Assembly (NCBI GenBank): GCA_964035545.1
Contig: CAXIUT010000230.1
Location: forward strand, 1,302,001-1,366,000
DNA from: Bugula neritina
Taxonomy: Eukaryota > Animalia > Bryozoa
Length of the DNA: 64,000 nucleotides
Direction of reading: 5' to 3'
Below the pieces are notes generated by a model, which ran no database searches, was not told where the DNA came from, and saw nothing but the letters and a program-made list of their open reading frames with translations. Shown piece by piece: positions 33,001 through 51,060 of this stretch (position 1 is its first letter; each line of letters starts with the position of its first letter). The position numbers and the translations under genes were made by a program.

Positions 33001-34023
33001 TGACATATTGAAATATACCGCAACATACTGAAATGTAGTGTAATATGCAGAAATGTACTGTAACATACTGAAATATACTGTAACACACTGAAATATACTC
33101 TAACATACCGAACTACACTGTAACATACTGAAATATACTGCAACATACTGCAACATACTGAATTACACTTGAACATAATGAAATACACTGCAACACATTG
33201 AAATATATTGCAACATATCAAAATGAATGGTAAACTAGTAAAATTTACTGTAACATAATGAAACATACCGGAACATACTGCAACATAACAAAATATAGTG
33301 CAACACATTGAAATATACGGCAACATACCGAAATATACTGCAACACGTTGAAAAATACTGCAACATACGAAATATACTGCAAGTGGTGCAACATACTGAA
33401 ATACAATGTGACACACTGGAATACTCTGCAACATACTGCAACATACTGCAACATACTGAAATACACTGTAACAAAAAGAAATATGCTGTAGCACACTGAA
33501 GTATTCTATAATATATTGAAATGCAATGTGACACACTGAAATACACTGCAACATACTGCAACATACTGAAATATACTGCAAGTAGTGCAACATACTGAAA
33601 TACACTGTGACACACTGAAATACACTGCAACATACTGCAACAAACTGCAACATACTGAAATATTGTGCGACACATTGAAATATACTGCAACATATTGAAA
33701 TATACTGTAACATACTGCAACATACTAAAATACACTGCAACATACTAAAATACACTGCAACATACTGAAATACATTGCAACACATTAAAATATACTGCGA
33801 CATACTGAAACATACTGCAACATACTGAAATACACTATAACATATTGAAATATAGTGCAACATAGTGAATTACACTCTAACATACTGAAATATGCTGTAG
33901 CATACTGAAATACACTGCAACACACTGAAGTATACTGCAATACACTGAAATGTAATGCAACTTACTGAATTATACTGCAACATAGTGCAACATACTGAAA
34001 TACACTACAACATACTGCAACAT
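22161..34023. repeat. Tandem duplication, 5932-bp unit x2 (22161-28092, 28093-34023)
   Basis: ORF pairs 22946/28878, 23746/29678 and 26357/32289; CTGCAG at 25451 and 31383. The offset drifts to 5931 and then 5921 through a 1-bp and a 10-bp indel. Confidence 0.93.
24330..24950. repeat. Three consecutive 258-bp-spaced GTGGTG-marked units
   Basis: GTGGTG at 24362, 24620 and 24878. The same spacing is seen at 25906/26165/26423, 58148/58407/58665 and 62089/62348/62606. Confidence 0.9.
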
Positions 34024-37000
34024 ACTGAAATACACTGGAACATATTGAAATACACTGCGACACATTGAAACATACTGCAACATACTGAAACATACTGCAA
34101 GATACTGCAACAGACTGAAACAGACTGTGACATACTGAAATACACTGCAACATACTGCAAGATACTGCAACCTACTGAAATACAGTGTAACATATTGAAA
34201 TACACTGCATCATACTGCAACATACTGAATTACACTGGAACATATTGATATACACTGCAACACATTGAAATATACTGCAACACACTGAAACATGCGGCAA
34301 TATACCGAAATATATTGCGACACCTTGAAAAATACTGCAACATACGAAATATACTGCAAGTGGTGCAACATACTGAAATACAATGTGACACACTAGAATA
34401 CACTGCAACATACTGCAACATACTGCAACATACTGAAATACACTGTATCATATTGAAATACACTGCATCATACTGCAACATACTGAAAAACACTGGAACA
34501 TATTGGTATACACTGCAACTCATTGAAATATACTGCAACACACTGCAACATACGGCAGCATACCGAAATATACTGCGACACCTTGAAAAATACTGCAACA
34601 TACTGAAATATACTGCAAGTAGTGCAACATACTGAAATACACTGTGACACACTGAAATACACTGCAACATACTGCAACAAACTGCAACATACTGAAATAT
34701 TGTGCGACACATTGAAATATACTGCAACATATTGAAATATACTGTAACATACTGCAACATACTAAAATACACTGCAACATACTGAAATACATTGCAACAC
34801 ATTGAAATATACTGCGACACACTGAAACACACTGCAACATGCTGAAATATACTGCAACATACTGAAATACACTATAACATATTGAAATATACTGCAACAT
34901 ACTGAATTACACTCTAACATACTGAAATATGCTGTAGCATACTGAAATACACTGCAACACACTGAAGTATACTGCAATACACTGAAATGTAATGCAACTT
35001 ACTGAATTATACTGCAACATAGTGCAACATACTGAAATACACTACAACATACTGCAACATACTGAAATACACTGGAACATATTGAAATACACTGCGACAC
35101 ATTGAAACATACTGCAACATACTGAAACATACTGCAAGATACTGCAACATACTGAAACAGACTGTGACATACTGAAATACACTGCAACATACTGCAAGAT
35201 ACTGCAACCTACTGAAATACACTGTAACATATTGAAATACACTGCATCATACTGCAACATACTGAATTACACTGGAACATATTGATATACACTGCAACAC
35301 ATTGAAATATACTGCAACACACTGAAACATGCGGCAATATACCGAAATATATTGCGACACCTTGAAAAATACTGCAACATACGAAATATACTGCAAGTGG
35401 TGCAACATACTGAAATACAATGTGACACACTAGAATACACTGCAACATACTGCAACATACTGCAACATACTGAAATACACTGTATCATATTGAAATGCAC
35501 TGCATCATACTGCAACATACTGAAAAACACTGGAACATATTGGTATACACTGCAACTCATTGAAATATACTGCAACACACTGCAACATACGGCAGCATAC
35601 CGAAATATACTGCGACACCTTGAAAAATACTGCAACATACTGAAATAGACTGCAAGTAGTGCAACATACTGAAATACACTGTGACACACTGAAATACACT
35701 GCAACATACTGCAACAAACTGCAACATACTGAAATATTGTGCGACACATTGAAATATACTGCAACATATTGAAATATACTGTAACATACTGCAACATACT
35801 AAAATACACTGCAACATACTGAAATACATTGCAACACATTAAAATATACTGCGACATACTGAAACATACTGCAACATGCTGAAATATACTGCAACATACT
35901 GAAATACACTATAACATATTGAAATATACTGCAACATACTGAATTACACTCTAACATACTGAAATATGCTGTAGCATACTGAAATACACTGCAACACACT
36001 GAAGTATACTGTAATACACTGAAATGTAATGCAACATACTGAATTATACTGCAACATAGTGCAACATACTGAAATACACTGAAACATAATGCAACATACT
36101 ACAACATACTGAAATACACTGTAACATATCGAAATACACTGCAACATACTGCAACATAGTGCAACATACTGAAATACACCGAAACGTAATGGAATACCCT
36201 GCAACACATTGAAATATACTGCAACAGACTGAAACATAAGGTAACACAATGAAGTGTACTGCGACACATTAAACTATACTGCAACATGCTGAAGTATACT
36301 GCAACATACTGAAACGTAATGTAACATACAGAAATGTACTGTAACATACTGAAATATACTGTAACAGACTGAAATCTACTCCAACATACCGAATTACACT
36401 GTAACATACTGAAATATACTGCAACATACTGCAACATACTGAATTACACTTGAACATAATGAAATACACTGCAACACATTGAAATATACTGCAACATATC
36501 GAAATGAATGGTAAACTAGTGTAATATACTGTAACATAATGAAACATACCGGGACATACTGCAACGTAATAAAGTATAGTGTAACACACTGAAATATGCG
36601 GCAACATACCGAAATATACTGCAAAACGTTCAAAAATACTGCAACATACTGAAATATACTGTAACATGCTGCAACATAGTGAAATACACTGAAACATATT
36701 GAACTACACTGCAACACTCTGAAATATACTGCAATACACTGAAGTATACTGTAATACACTGAAATGTAATGCAACATACTGAATTATACTGCAACATAGT
36801 GCAACATACTGAAATACACTGTGACACACTGAAATACACTGAAACATAATGCAACATACTGCAACATACTGAAATACACTGTAACATATCGAAATACACT
36901 GCAACATACTGCAACATACTGCAACATACTGAAAGACACGGTAACATATCGAAATACACTGCAACATACTGCAACATACTGAAATGCACCGGAACATAAT

Positions 37001-40000
37001 GGAATACCCTGCAACACCTTGAAATATACTGCAACAGACTGAAACATAAGGTAACACAATGAAGTATACTGCGACACATTAAAATATGCTGCAACATACT
37101 GAAATATACTGCAACATACTGAAATGTAATGTAATATACAGAAATGTACTGTAACATACTGCAACATACTAAAATACACTGCAACATACTGAAATACATT
37201 GCAACACATTAAAATATACTGCAACATACTGAAACATACTGCAACATGCTGAAATATACTGCAACATACTGAAATACACTATAACATATTGAAATATACT
37301 GCTACATACTGAATTACACTCTAACATGCTGAAATATGCTTTCGCATACTGAAATACACTGCAACACACTGAAGTATACTGTAATACACTGAAATGTGAT
37401 GCAACATACTGAATTATACTGCAACATAGTGCAACATACTGAAATACACTACAACAACCTGCAACATACTGAAATACACTGGAACATATTGAAATACACT
37501 GCGACACATTGAAACATACTGCAACATTCTGAATTATACTGCAACATACTGCAACATACTGAAATACACTGTAACAAAAAGAAATATGCTGTAGCACACT
37601 GCAGTATTCTATAATATACTGAAATGTATTGCAACATACCGAAATATACTGCAACGCATTGAATTACACTGTGACATATTGAAATATACCGCAACATACT
37701 GAAATGTAGTGTAATATGCAGAAATGTACTGTAACATACTGAAATATACTGTAACACACTGAAATATACTCTAACATACCGAAATACACTGTAACATACT
37801 GAAATATACTGCAACATACTGCAACCTACTGAATTACACTTGAACATAATGAAATACACTGCAACACATTGAAATATACTGCAACATATCAAAATGAATG
37901 GTAAACTAGTAAAATTTACTGTAACATAATGAAACATACCGGAACATACTGCAACATAACAAAATATAGTGCAACACATTGAAATATACGGCGACATACC
38001 GAAATATACCGCAACACGTTGAAAAATACTGCAACATACGAAATATACTGCAAGTGGTGCAACATACTGAAATACAATGTGACACACTGGAATACACTGC
38101 AACATACTGCAACATACTGCAACATACTGAAATACACTGTAACATATTGAAATACACTGCATCATACTGCAACATACTGAAAAACACTGGAACATATTGA
38201 TATACACTGCAACTCATTGAAATATACTGCAACACACTGCAACATACGTCAGCATACCGAAATATACTGCGACACCTTGAAAAAGACTGCAACATACTGA
38301 AATATACTGCAAGTGGTGCAACATACTGAAATACACTGTGATATACTGAAATACACTGCAACATACTGCAAGATATTGCAACGTACGGAAATACAGTGTA
38401 ACTTATTGAATTACACTGCATCATACTGCAACATACTGAGATACACTGGAACATATTAATATACACTGCAACACATTGAAATATATTGCAACACACTGAA
38501 CCATATGGCAACATACCGAAATTTACTGCGACACACTGAAAAACACTGCAACATACAAATTATACTTCAAGTGGTGCAACATACTGAAATACAATGTGAC
38601 ACACTGAAATACACTGCAACATACTGCAACATACTGCAACATACTGAAATATTGTGCGACACATTGAAATATACTGCAACATATTGAAATATACTGTAAC
38701 ATACTGCAACATACTAAAATACACTGCAACATACTGAAATACATTGCAACACATTAAAATATACCGCGACATACTGAAACATACTGCAACATGCTGAAAT
38801 ATACTACAACATACTGAAATACACTATAACATATTGAAATATACTGCGACATACTGAATTACACTCTAACATACTGAAATATGCTCTAGCATACTGAAAT
38901 ACACTGCAACACACTGTAGTATACTGTAATACACTGAAATGTGAAGCAACATACTGAATTATACTGCAACATAGTGCAACATACTGAAATACACTACAAC
39001 AAACTGCAACATACTGAAATACACTGGAACATATTGAAATACACTGCGACACATTGAAACATACTGCAACATTCTGAATTATACTGCAACATACTGCAAC
39101 ATACTGAAATACACTGTAACAAAAAGAAATATGCTGTAGCACACTGAAGTATTCTATAATATACTGAAATGTATTGCAACATACCGAAATAAACCGCAAC
39201 GCATTGAATTACACTGTGACATATTGAAATATACCGCAACATACTGAAATGTAGTGTAATATGCAGAAATGTACTGTAACATACTGAAATATACTGTAAC
39301 ACACTGAAATATACTCTAACATACCGAAATACACTGTAACATACTGAAATATACTGCAACATACTGCAACATACTGAATTACACTTGAACATAATGAAAT
39401 ACACTGCAACACATTGAAATATACTGCAACATATCAAAATGAATGGTAAACTAGTAAAATTTACTGTAACATAATGAAACATACCGGAACATACTGCAAC
39501 ATAACAAAATATAGTGCAACACATTGAAATATACGGCAACATACCGAAATATACTGCAACACGTTGAAAAATACTGCAACATACGAAATATACTGCAAGT
39601 GGTGCAACATACTGAAATACAATGTGACACACTGGAATACTCTGCAACATACTGCAACATACTGCAACATACTGAAATACACTGTAACAAAAAGAAATAT
39701 GCTGTAGCACACTGAAGTATTCTATAATATATTGAAATGCAATGTGACACACTGAAATACACTGCAACATACTGCAACATACTGAAATATTGTGCGACAC
39801 ATTGAAATATACTGCAACATATTGAAATATACTGTAACATACTGCAACATACTACAATGCACTGCAACATACTGAAATACATTGCAACACATTAAAATAT
39901 ACTGCGACATACTGAAACATACTGCAACATACTGAAATACACTATAACATATTGAAATATACTGCAACATAGTGAATTACACTCTAACATACTGAAATAA

Positions 40001-40699
40001 GCTGTAGCATACTGAAATACACTGCAACACACTGAAGAATACTGCAATACACTGAAATGTAATGCAACTTACTGAATTATACTGCAACATAGTGCAACAT
40101 ACTGAAATACACTACAACATACTGCAACATACTGAAATACACTGGAACATATTGAAATACACTGCGACACATTGAAACATACTGCAACATACTGAAACAT
40201 ACTGCAAGATACTGCAACATACTGAAACAGACTGTGACATACTGAAATACACTGCAACATACTGCAAGATACTGCAACCTACTGAAATACACTGTAACAT
40301 ATTGAAATACACTGCATCATACTGCAACATACTGAATTACACTGGAACATATTGATATACACTGCAACACATTGAAATATACTGCAACACACTGAAACAT
40401 GCGGCAATATACCGAAATATATTGCGACACCTTGAAAAATACTGCAACATACGAAATATACTGCAAGTGGTGCAACATACTGAAATACAATGTGACACAC
40501 TAGAATACACTGCAACATACTGCAACATACTGCAACATACTGAAATACACTGTATAATATTGAAATACACTGCATCATACTGCAACATACTGAAAAACAC
40601 TGGAACATATTGGTATAGACTGCAACTCATTGAAATATACTGCAACACACTGCAACATACGGCAGCATACCGAAATATACTGCGACACCTTGAAAAATA

Positions 40700-43600
40700 C
40701 TGCAACATACTGAAATATACTGCAAGTAGTGCAACATACTGAAATACACTGTGACACACTGAAATACACTGCAACATACTGCAACAAACTGCAACATACT
40801 GAAATATTGTGCGACACATTGAAATATACTGCAACATATTGAAATATACTGTAACATACTGCAACATACTAAAATACACTGCAACATACTGAAATACATT
40901 GCAACACATTAAAATATACTGCGACACACTGAAACATACTGCAACATGCTGAAATATACTGCAACATACTGAAATACACTATAACATATTGAAATATACT
41001 GCAACATACTGAATTACACTCTAACATACTGAAATATGCTGTAGCATACTGAAATACACTGCAACACACTGAAGTATACTGCAATACACTGAAATGTAAT
41101 GCAACTTACTGAATTATACTGCAACATAGTGCAACATACTGAAATACACTACAACATACTGCAACATACTGAAATACACTGGAACATATTGAAATACACT
41201 GCGACACATTGAAACATACTGCAACATACTGAAACATACTGCAAGATACTGCAACATACTGAAACAGACTGTGACATACTGAAATACACTGCAACATACT
41301 GCAAGATACTGCAACCTACTGAAATACACTGTAACATATTGAAATACACTGCATCATAATGCAACATACTGAATTACACTGGAACATATTGATATACACT
41401 GCAACACATTGAAATATACTGCAACACACTGAAACATGCGGCAATATACCGAAATATATTGCGACACCTTGAAAAATACTGCAACATACGAAATATACTG
41501 CAAGTGGTGCAACATACTGAAATACAATGTGACACACTAGAATACACTGCAACATACTGCAACATACTGCAACATACTGAAATACACTGTATCATATTGA
41601 AATACACTGCATCATACTGCAACATACTGAAAAACACTGGAACATATTGGTATACACTGCAACTCATTGAAATATACTGCAACACACTGCAACATACGGC
41701 AGCATACCGAAATATACTGCGACACCTTGAAAAATACTGCAACATACTGAAATAGACTGCAAGTAGTGCAACATACTGAAATACACTGTGACACACTGAA
41801 ATACACTGCAACATACTGCAACAAACTGCAACATACTGAAATATTGTGCGACACATTGAAATATACTGCAACATATTGAAATATACTGTAACATACTGCA
41901 ACATACTAAAATACACTGCAACATACTGAAATACATTGCAACACATTAAAATATACTGCGACATACTGAAACATACTGCAACATGCTGAAATATACTGCA
42001 ACATACTGAAATACACTATAACATATTGAAATATACTGCAACATACTGAATTACACTCTAACATACTGAAATATGCTGTAGCATACTGAAATACACTGCA
42101 ACACACTGAAGTATACTGTAATACACTGAAATGTAATGCAACATACTGAATTATACTGCAACATAGTGCAACATACTGAAATACACTGTGACACACTGAA
42201 ATACACTGAAACATAATGCAACATACTGCAACATACTGAAATACACTGTAACATATCGAAATACACCGCAACATACTGAAATATACTGTAACACACTGAA
42301 ATATACTCTAACATACCGAAATACACTGCAACATACTGCAACATACTGAAATGCACCGAAACATAATGGAATACCCTGCAACACATTGAAATATACTGCA
42401 ACACACTGAAACATAAGGTAACACAATGAAGTATACTGCGACACATTAAACTATACTGCAACATACTGAAATATACTGCGACGCCTTAAAATATACTGCA
42501 ACATACTGAAATAGACTGCAAGTGGTGCAACATACTGAAATACACTGTGACACACTGAAATACACTGCAACATACTGCAACATACTGCAACATACAGAAA
42601 TACATGTAACATATTGAAATACACTGCATCATACTGCAACATACTGAAAAACACTGTAACATATTGATATACACTGCAACTCATTGAAATATACTGCAAC
42701 ACACTGCAACATACGTCAGCATACCGAAATATACTGCGACACCCTGAAAAAAACTGCAACATACTGAAATATACTGCAAGTGGTGCAACATACTGAAATA
42801 CACTGTGATATACTGAAACACACTGCAACATACTGCAAGATATTGCAACGTACGGAAATACAGTGTAACTTATTGAATTACACTGCATCATACTGCAACA
42901 TACTGAGATACACTGGAACATATTGATATACACTGCAACACATTGAAATATACTGCAACACACTGAACCATATGGCAACATACTGAAATTATCTGCGACA
43001 CACTGAAAAATAATGCAACATACGAATTATACTTCAAGTGGTGCGACATACTGAAATACAATGTGACACACTGAAATACACTGCAACATACTGCAACATA
43101 CTGCAACATACTGAAATATTGTGCGACACATTGAAATATACTGCAACATATTGAAATATACTGTAACATACTGCAACATACTAAAATACACTGCAACATA
43201 CTGAAATACATTGCAACACATTAAAATATACTGCGACATACTGAAACATACTGCAACATGCTGAAATATACTGCAACATACTGAAATACACTATAACATA
43301 TTGAAATATACTGCTACATACTGAATTACACTCTAACATACTGAAATATGCTGTCGCATACTGAAATACACTGCAACACACTGAAGTATACTGTAATACA
43401 CTGAAATGTGATGCAACATACTGAATTATACTGCAACATAGTGCAACATACTGAAATACACTACAACAAACTGCAACATACTGAAATACACTGGAACATA
43501 TTGAAATACACTGCGACACATTGAAACATACTGCAACATTCTGAATTATACTGCAACATACTGCAACATACTGAAATACACTGTAACAAAAAGAAATATG

Positions 43601-46600
43601 CTGTAGCACACTGCAGTATTCTATAATATACTGAAATGTATTGCAACATACCGAAATATACTGCAACGCATTGAATTACACTGTGACATATTGAAAAATC
43701 CCGCAACATACTGAAATGTAGTGTAATATGCAGAAATGTACTGTAACATACTGAAATATACTGTAACACACTGAAATATACTCTAACATACCGAAATACA
43801 CTGTAACATACTGAAATATACTGCAACATACTGCAACATACTGAATTACACTTGAACATAATGAAATACACTGCAACACATTGAAATATACTGCAACATA
43901 TCAAAATGAATGGTAAACTAGTAAAATTTACTGTAACATAATGAAACATACCGGAACATACTGCAACATAACAAAATATAGTGCAACACATTGAAATATA
44001 CGGCGACATACCGAAATATACTGCAACACGTTGAAAAATACTGCAACATACGAAATATACTGCAAGTGGTGCAACATACTGAAATACAATGTGACACACT
44101 GGAATACACTGCAACATACTGCCACATACTGCAACATACTGAAATACACTGTAACATATTGAAATACACTGCATCATACTGCAACATACTGAAAAACACT
44201 GGAACATATTGATATACACTGCAACTCATTGAAATATACTGCAACACACTGCAACATACGTCAGCATACCGAAATATACTGCGACACCTTGAAAAAGACT
44301 GCAACATACTGAAATATACTGCAAGTGGTGCAACATACTGAAATACACTGTGATATACTGAAATACACTGCAACATACTGCAAGATATTGCAACGTACGG
44401 AAATACAGTGTAACTTATTGAATTACACTGCATCATACTGCAACATACTGAGATACACTGGAACATATTAATATACACTGCAACACATTGAAATATATTG
44501 CAACACACTGAACCATATGGCAACATACCGAAATTTACTGCGACACACTGAAAAACACTGCAACATACAAATTATATTTCAAGTGGTGCAACATACTGAA
44601 ATACAATGTGACACACTGAAATACACTGCAACATACTGCAACATACTGCAACATACTGAAATATTGTGCGACACATTGAAATATACTGCAACATATTGAA
44701 ATATACTGTAACATACTGCAACATACTAAAATACACTGCAACATACTGAAATACATTGCAACACATTAAAATATACTGCGACATACTGAAACATACTGCA
44801 ACATGCTGAAATATACTACAACATACTGAAATACACTATAACATATTGAAATATACTGCGACATACTGAATTACACTCTAACATACTGAAATATGCTCTA
44901 GCATACTGAAATACACTGCAACACACTGTAGTATACTGTAATACACTGAAATGTGAAGCAACATACTGAATTATACTGCAACATAGTGCAACATACTGAA
45001 ATACACTACAACAAACTGCAACATACTGAAATACACTGGAACATATTGAAATACACTGCGACACATTGAAACATACTGCAACATTCTGAATTATACTGCA
45101 ACATACTGCAACATACTGAAATACACTGTAACAAAAAGAAATATGCTGTAGCACACTGAAGTATTCTATAATATACTGAAATGTATTGCAACATACCGAA
45201 ATAAATCGCAACGCATTGAATTACACTATGACATATTGAAATATACCGCAACATACTGAAATGTAGTGTAATATGCAGAAATGTACTGTAACATACTGAA
45301 ATATACTGTAACACACTGAAATATACTCTAACATACCGAACTACACTGTAACATACTGAAATATACTGCAACATACTGCAACATACTGAATTACACTTGA
45401 ACATAATGAAATACACTGCAACACATTGAAATATACTGCAACATATCAAAATGAATGGTAAACTAGTAAAATTTACTGTAACATAATGAAACATACCGGA
45501 ACATACTGCAACATAACAAAATATAGTGCAACACATTGAAATATACGGCAACATACCGAAATATACTGCAACACGTTGAAAAATACTGCAACATACGAAA
45601 TATACTGCAAGTGGTGCAACATACTGAAATACAATGTGACACACTGGAATACTCTGCAACATACTGCAACATACTGCAACATACTGAAATACACTGTAAC
45701 AAAAAGAAATATGCTGTAGCACACTGAAGTATTCTATAATATATTGAAATGCAATGTGACACACTGAAATACACTGCAACATACTGCAACATACTGCAAC
45801 ATACTGAAATATACTGCAAGTAGTGCAACATACTGAAATACACTGTGACACACTGAAATACACTGCAACATACTGCAACAAACTGCAACATACTGAAATA
45901 TTGTGCGACACATTGAAATATACTGCAACATATTGAAATATACTGTAACATACTGCAACATACTAAAATACACTGCAACATACTGAAATACATTGCAACA
46001 CATTAAAATATACTGCGACACACTGAAACATACTGCAACATGCTGAAATATACTGCAACATACTGAAATACACTATAACATATTGAAATATACTGCAACA
46101 TACTGAATTACACTCTAACATACTGAAATATGCTGTAGCATACTGAAATACACTGCAACACACTGAAGTATACTGCAATACACTGAAATGTAATGCAACT
46201 TACTGAATTATACTGCAACATAGTGCAACATACTGAAATACACTACAACATACTGCAACATACTGAAATACACTGGAACATATTGAAATACACTGCGACA
46301 CATTGAAACATACTGCAACATACTGAAACATACTGCAAGATACTGCAACATACTGAAACAGACTGTGACATACTGAAATACACTGCAACATACTGCAAGA
46401 TACTGCAACCTACTGAAATACACTGTAACATATTGAAATACACTGCATCATAATGCAACATACTGAATTACACTGGAACATATTGATATACACTGCAACA
46501 CATTGAAATATACTGCAACACACTGAAACATGCGGCAATATACCGAAATATATTGCGACACCTTGAAAAATACTGCAACATACGAAATATACTGCAAGTG

Positions 46601-49600
46601 GTGCAACATACTGAAATACAATGTGACACACTAGAATACACTGCAACATACTGCAACATACTGCAACATACTGAAATACACTGTATCATATTGAAATACA
46701 CTGCATCATACTGCAACATACTGAAAAACACTGGAACATATTGGTATACACTGCAACTCATTGAAATATACTGCAACACACTGCAACATACGGCAGCATA
46801 CCGAAATATACTGCGACACCTTGAAAAATACTGCAACATACTGAAATAGACTGCAAGTAGTGCAACATACTGAAATACACTGTGACACACTGAAATACAC
46901 TGCAACATACTGCAACAAACTGCAACATACTGAAATATTGTGCGACACATTGAAATATACTGCAACATATTGAAATATACTGTAACATACTGCAACATAC
47001 TAAAATACACTGCAACATACTGAAATACATTGCAACACATTAAAATATACTGCGACATACTGAAACATACTGCAACATGCTGAAATATACTGCAACATAC
47101 TGAAATACACTATAACATATTGAAATATACTGCAACATACTGAATTACACTCTAACATACTGAAATATGCTGTAGCATACTGAAATACACTGCAACACAC
47201 TGAAGTATACTGTAATACACTGAAATGTAATGCAACATACTGAATTATACTGCAACATAGTGCAACATACTGAAATACACTGTGACACACTGAAATACAC
47301 TGAAACATAATGCAACATACTGCAACATACTGAAATACACTGTAACATATCGAAATACACCGCAACATACTGAAATATACTGTAACACACTGAAATATAC
47401 TCTAACATACCGAAATACACTGCAACATACTGCAACATACTGAAATGCACCGAAACATAATGGAATACCCTGCAACACATTGAAATATACTGCAACACAC
47501 TGAAACATAAGGTAACACAATGAAGTATACTGCGACACATTAAACTATACTGCAACATACTGAAATATACTGCGACGCCTTAAAATATACTGCAACATAC
47601 TGAAATAGACTGCAAGTGGTGCAACATACTGAAATACACTGTGACACACTGAAATACACTGCAACATACTGCAACATACTGCAACATACAGAAATACATG
47701 TAACATATTGAAATACACTGCATCATACTGCAACATACTGAAAAACACTGTAACATATTGATATACACTGCAACTCATTGAAATATACTGCAACACACTG
47801 CAACATACGTCAGCATACCGAAATATACTGCGACACCCTGAAAAAAACTGCAACATACTGAAATATACTGCAAGTGGTGCAACATACTGAAATACACTGT
47901 GATATACTGAAACACACTGCAACATACTGCAAGATATTGCAACGTACGGAAATACAGTGTAACTTATTGAATTACACTGCATCATACTGCAACATACTGA
48001 GATACACTGGAACATATTGATATACACTGCAACACATTGAAATATACTGCAACACACTGAACCATATGGCAACATACTGAAATTATCTGCGACACACTGA
48101 AAAATAATGCAACATACGAATTATACTTCAAGTGGTGCGACATACTGAAATACAATGTGACACACTGAAATACACTGCAACATACTGCAACATACTGCAA
48201 CATACTGAAATATTGTGCGACACATTGAAATATACTGCAACATATTGAAATATACTGTAACATACTGCAACATACTAAAATACACTGCAACATACTGAAA
48301 TACATTGCAACACATTAAAATATACTGCGACATACTGAAACATACTGCAACATGCTGAAATATACTGCAACATACTGAAATACACTATAACATATTGAAA
48401 TATACTGCTACATACTGAATTACACTCTAACATACTGAAATATGCTGTCGCATACTGAAATACACTGCAACACACTGAAGTATACTGTAATACACTGAAA
48501 TGTGATGCAACATACTGAATTATACTGCAACATAGTGCAACATACTGAAATACACTACAACAAACTGCAACATACTGAAATACACTGGAACATATTGAAA
48601 TACACTGCGACACATTGAAACATACTGCAACATTCTGAATTATACTGCAACATACTGCAACATACTGAAATACACTGTAACAAAAAGAAATATGCTGTAG
48701 CACACTGCAGTATTCTATAATATACTGAAATGTATTGCAACATACCGAAATATACTGCAACGCATTGAATTACACTGTGACATATTGAAAAATCCCGCAA
48801 CATACTGAAATGTAGTGTAATATGCAGAAATGTACTGTAACATACTGAAATATACTGTAACACACTGAAATATACTCTAACATACCGAAATACACTGTAA
48901 CATACTGAAATATACTGCAACATACTGCAACATACTGAATTACACTTGAACATAATGAAATACACTGCAACACATTGAAATATACTGCAACATATCAAAA
49001 TGAATGGTAAACTAGTAAAATTTACTGTAACATAATGAAACATACCGGAACATACTGCAACATAACAAAATATAGTGCAACACATTGAAATATACGGCGA
49101 CATACCGAAATATACTGCAACACGTTGAAAAATACTGCAACATACGAAATATACTGCAAGTGGTGCAACATACTGAAATACAATGTGACACACTGGAATA
49201 CACTGCAACATACTGCCACATACTGCAACATACTGAAATACACTGTAACATATTGAAATACACTGCATCATACTGCAACATACTGAAAAACACTGGAACA
49301 TATTGATATACACTGCAACTCATTGAAATATACTGCAACACACTGCAACATACGTCAGCATACCGAAATATACTGCGACACCTTGAAAAAGACTGCAACA
49401 TACTGAAATATACTGCAAGTGGTGCAACATACTGAAATACACTGTGATATACTGAAATACACTGCAACATACTGCAAGATATTGCAACGTACGGAAATAC
49501 AGTGTAACTTATTGAATTACACTGCATCATACTGCAACATACTGAGATACACTGGAACATATTAATATACACTGCAACACATTGAAATATATTGCAACAC

Positions 49601-51060
49601 ACTGAACCATATGGCAACATACCGAAATTTACTGCGACACACTGAAAAACACTGCAACATACAAATTATATTTCAAGTGGTGCAACATACTGAAATACAA
49701 TGTGACACACTGAAATACACTGCAACATACTGCAACATACTGCAACATACTGAAATATTGTGCGACACATTGAAATATACTGCAACATATTGAAATATAC
49801 TGTAACATACTGCAACATACTAAAATACACTGCAACATACTGAAATACATTGCAACACATTAAAATATACTGCGACATACTGAAACATACTGCAACATGC
49901 TGAAATATACTACAACATACTGAAATACACTATAACATATTGAAATATACTGCGACATACTGAATTACACTCTAACATACTGAAATATGCTCTAGCATAC
50001 TGAAATACACTGCAACACACTGTAGTATACTGTAATACACTGAAATGTGAAGCAACATACTGAATTATACTGCAACATAGTGCAACATACTGAAATACAC
50101 TACAACAAACTGCAACATACTGAAATACACTGGAACATATTGAAATACACTGCGACACATTGAAACATACTGCAACATTCTGAATTATACTGCAACATAC
50201 TGCAACATACTGAAATACACTGTAACAAAAAGAAATATGCTGTAGCACACTGAAGTATTCTATAATATACTGAAATGTATTGCAACATACCGAAATAAAT
50301 CGCAACGCATTGAATTACACTATGACATATTGAAATATACCGCAACATACTGAAATGTAGTGTAATATGCAGAAATGTACTGTAACATACTGAAATATAC
50401 TGTAACACACTGAAATATACTCTAACATACCGAACTACACTGTAACATACTGAAATATACTGCAACATACTGCAACATACTGAATTACACTTGAACATAA
50501 TGAAATACACTGCAACACATTGAAATATACTGCAACATATCAAAATGAATGGTAAACTAGTAAAATTTACTGTAACATAATGAAACATACCGGAACATAC
50601 TGCAACATAACAAAATATAGTGCAACACATTGAAATATACGGCAACATACCGAAATATACTGCAACACGTTGAAAAATACTGCAACATACGAAATATACT
50701 GCAAGTGGTGCAACATACTGAAATACAATGTGACACACTGGAATACTCTGCAACATACTGCAACATACTGCAACATACTGAAATACACTGTAACAAAAAG
50801 AAATATGCTGTAGCACACTGAAGTATTCTATAATATATTGAAATGCAATGTGACACACTGAAATACACTGCAACATACTGCAACATACTGCAACATACTG
50901 AAATATACTGCAAGTAGTGCAACATACTGAAATACACTGTGACACACTGAAATACACTGCAACATACTGCAACAAACTGCAACATACTGAAATATTGTGC
51001 GACACATTGAAATATACTGCAACATATTGAAATATACTGTAACATACTGCAACATACTAA
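40700..51060. repeat. Near-identical tandem duplication, 5094-bp unit x2
   Basis: ORF pairs 40869/45963, 41106/46200, 44517/49611 and 45536/50630. Shared rare variants GCATCATAAT, GTGGTGCGAC, AAAATCCCGC and AAATCGCAAC. Confidence 0.93.
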
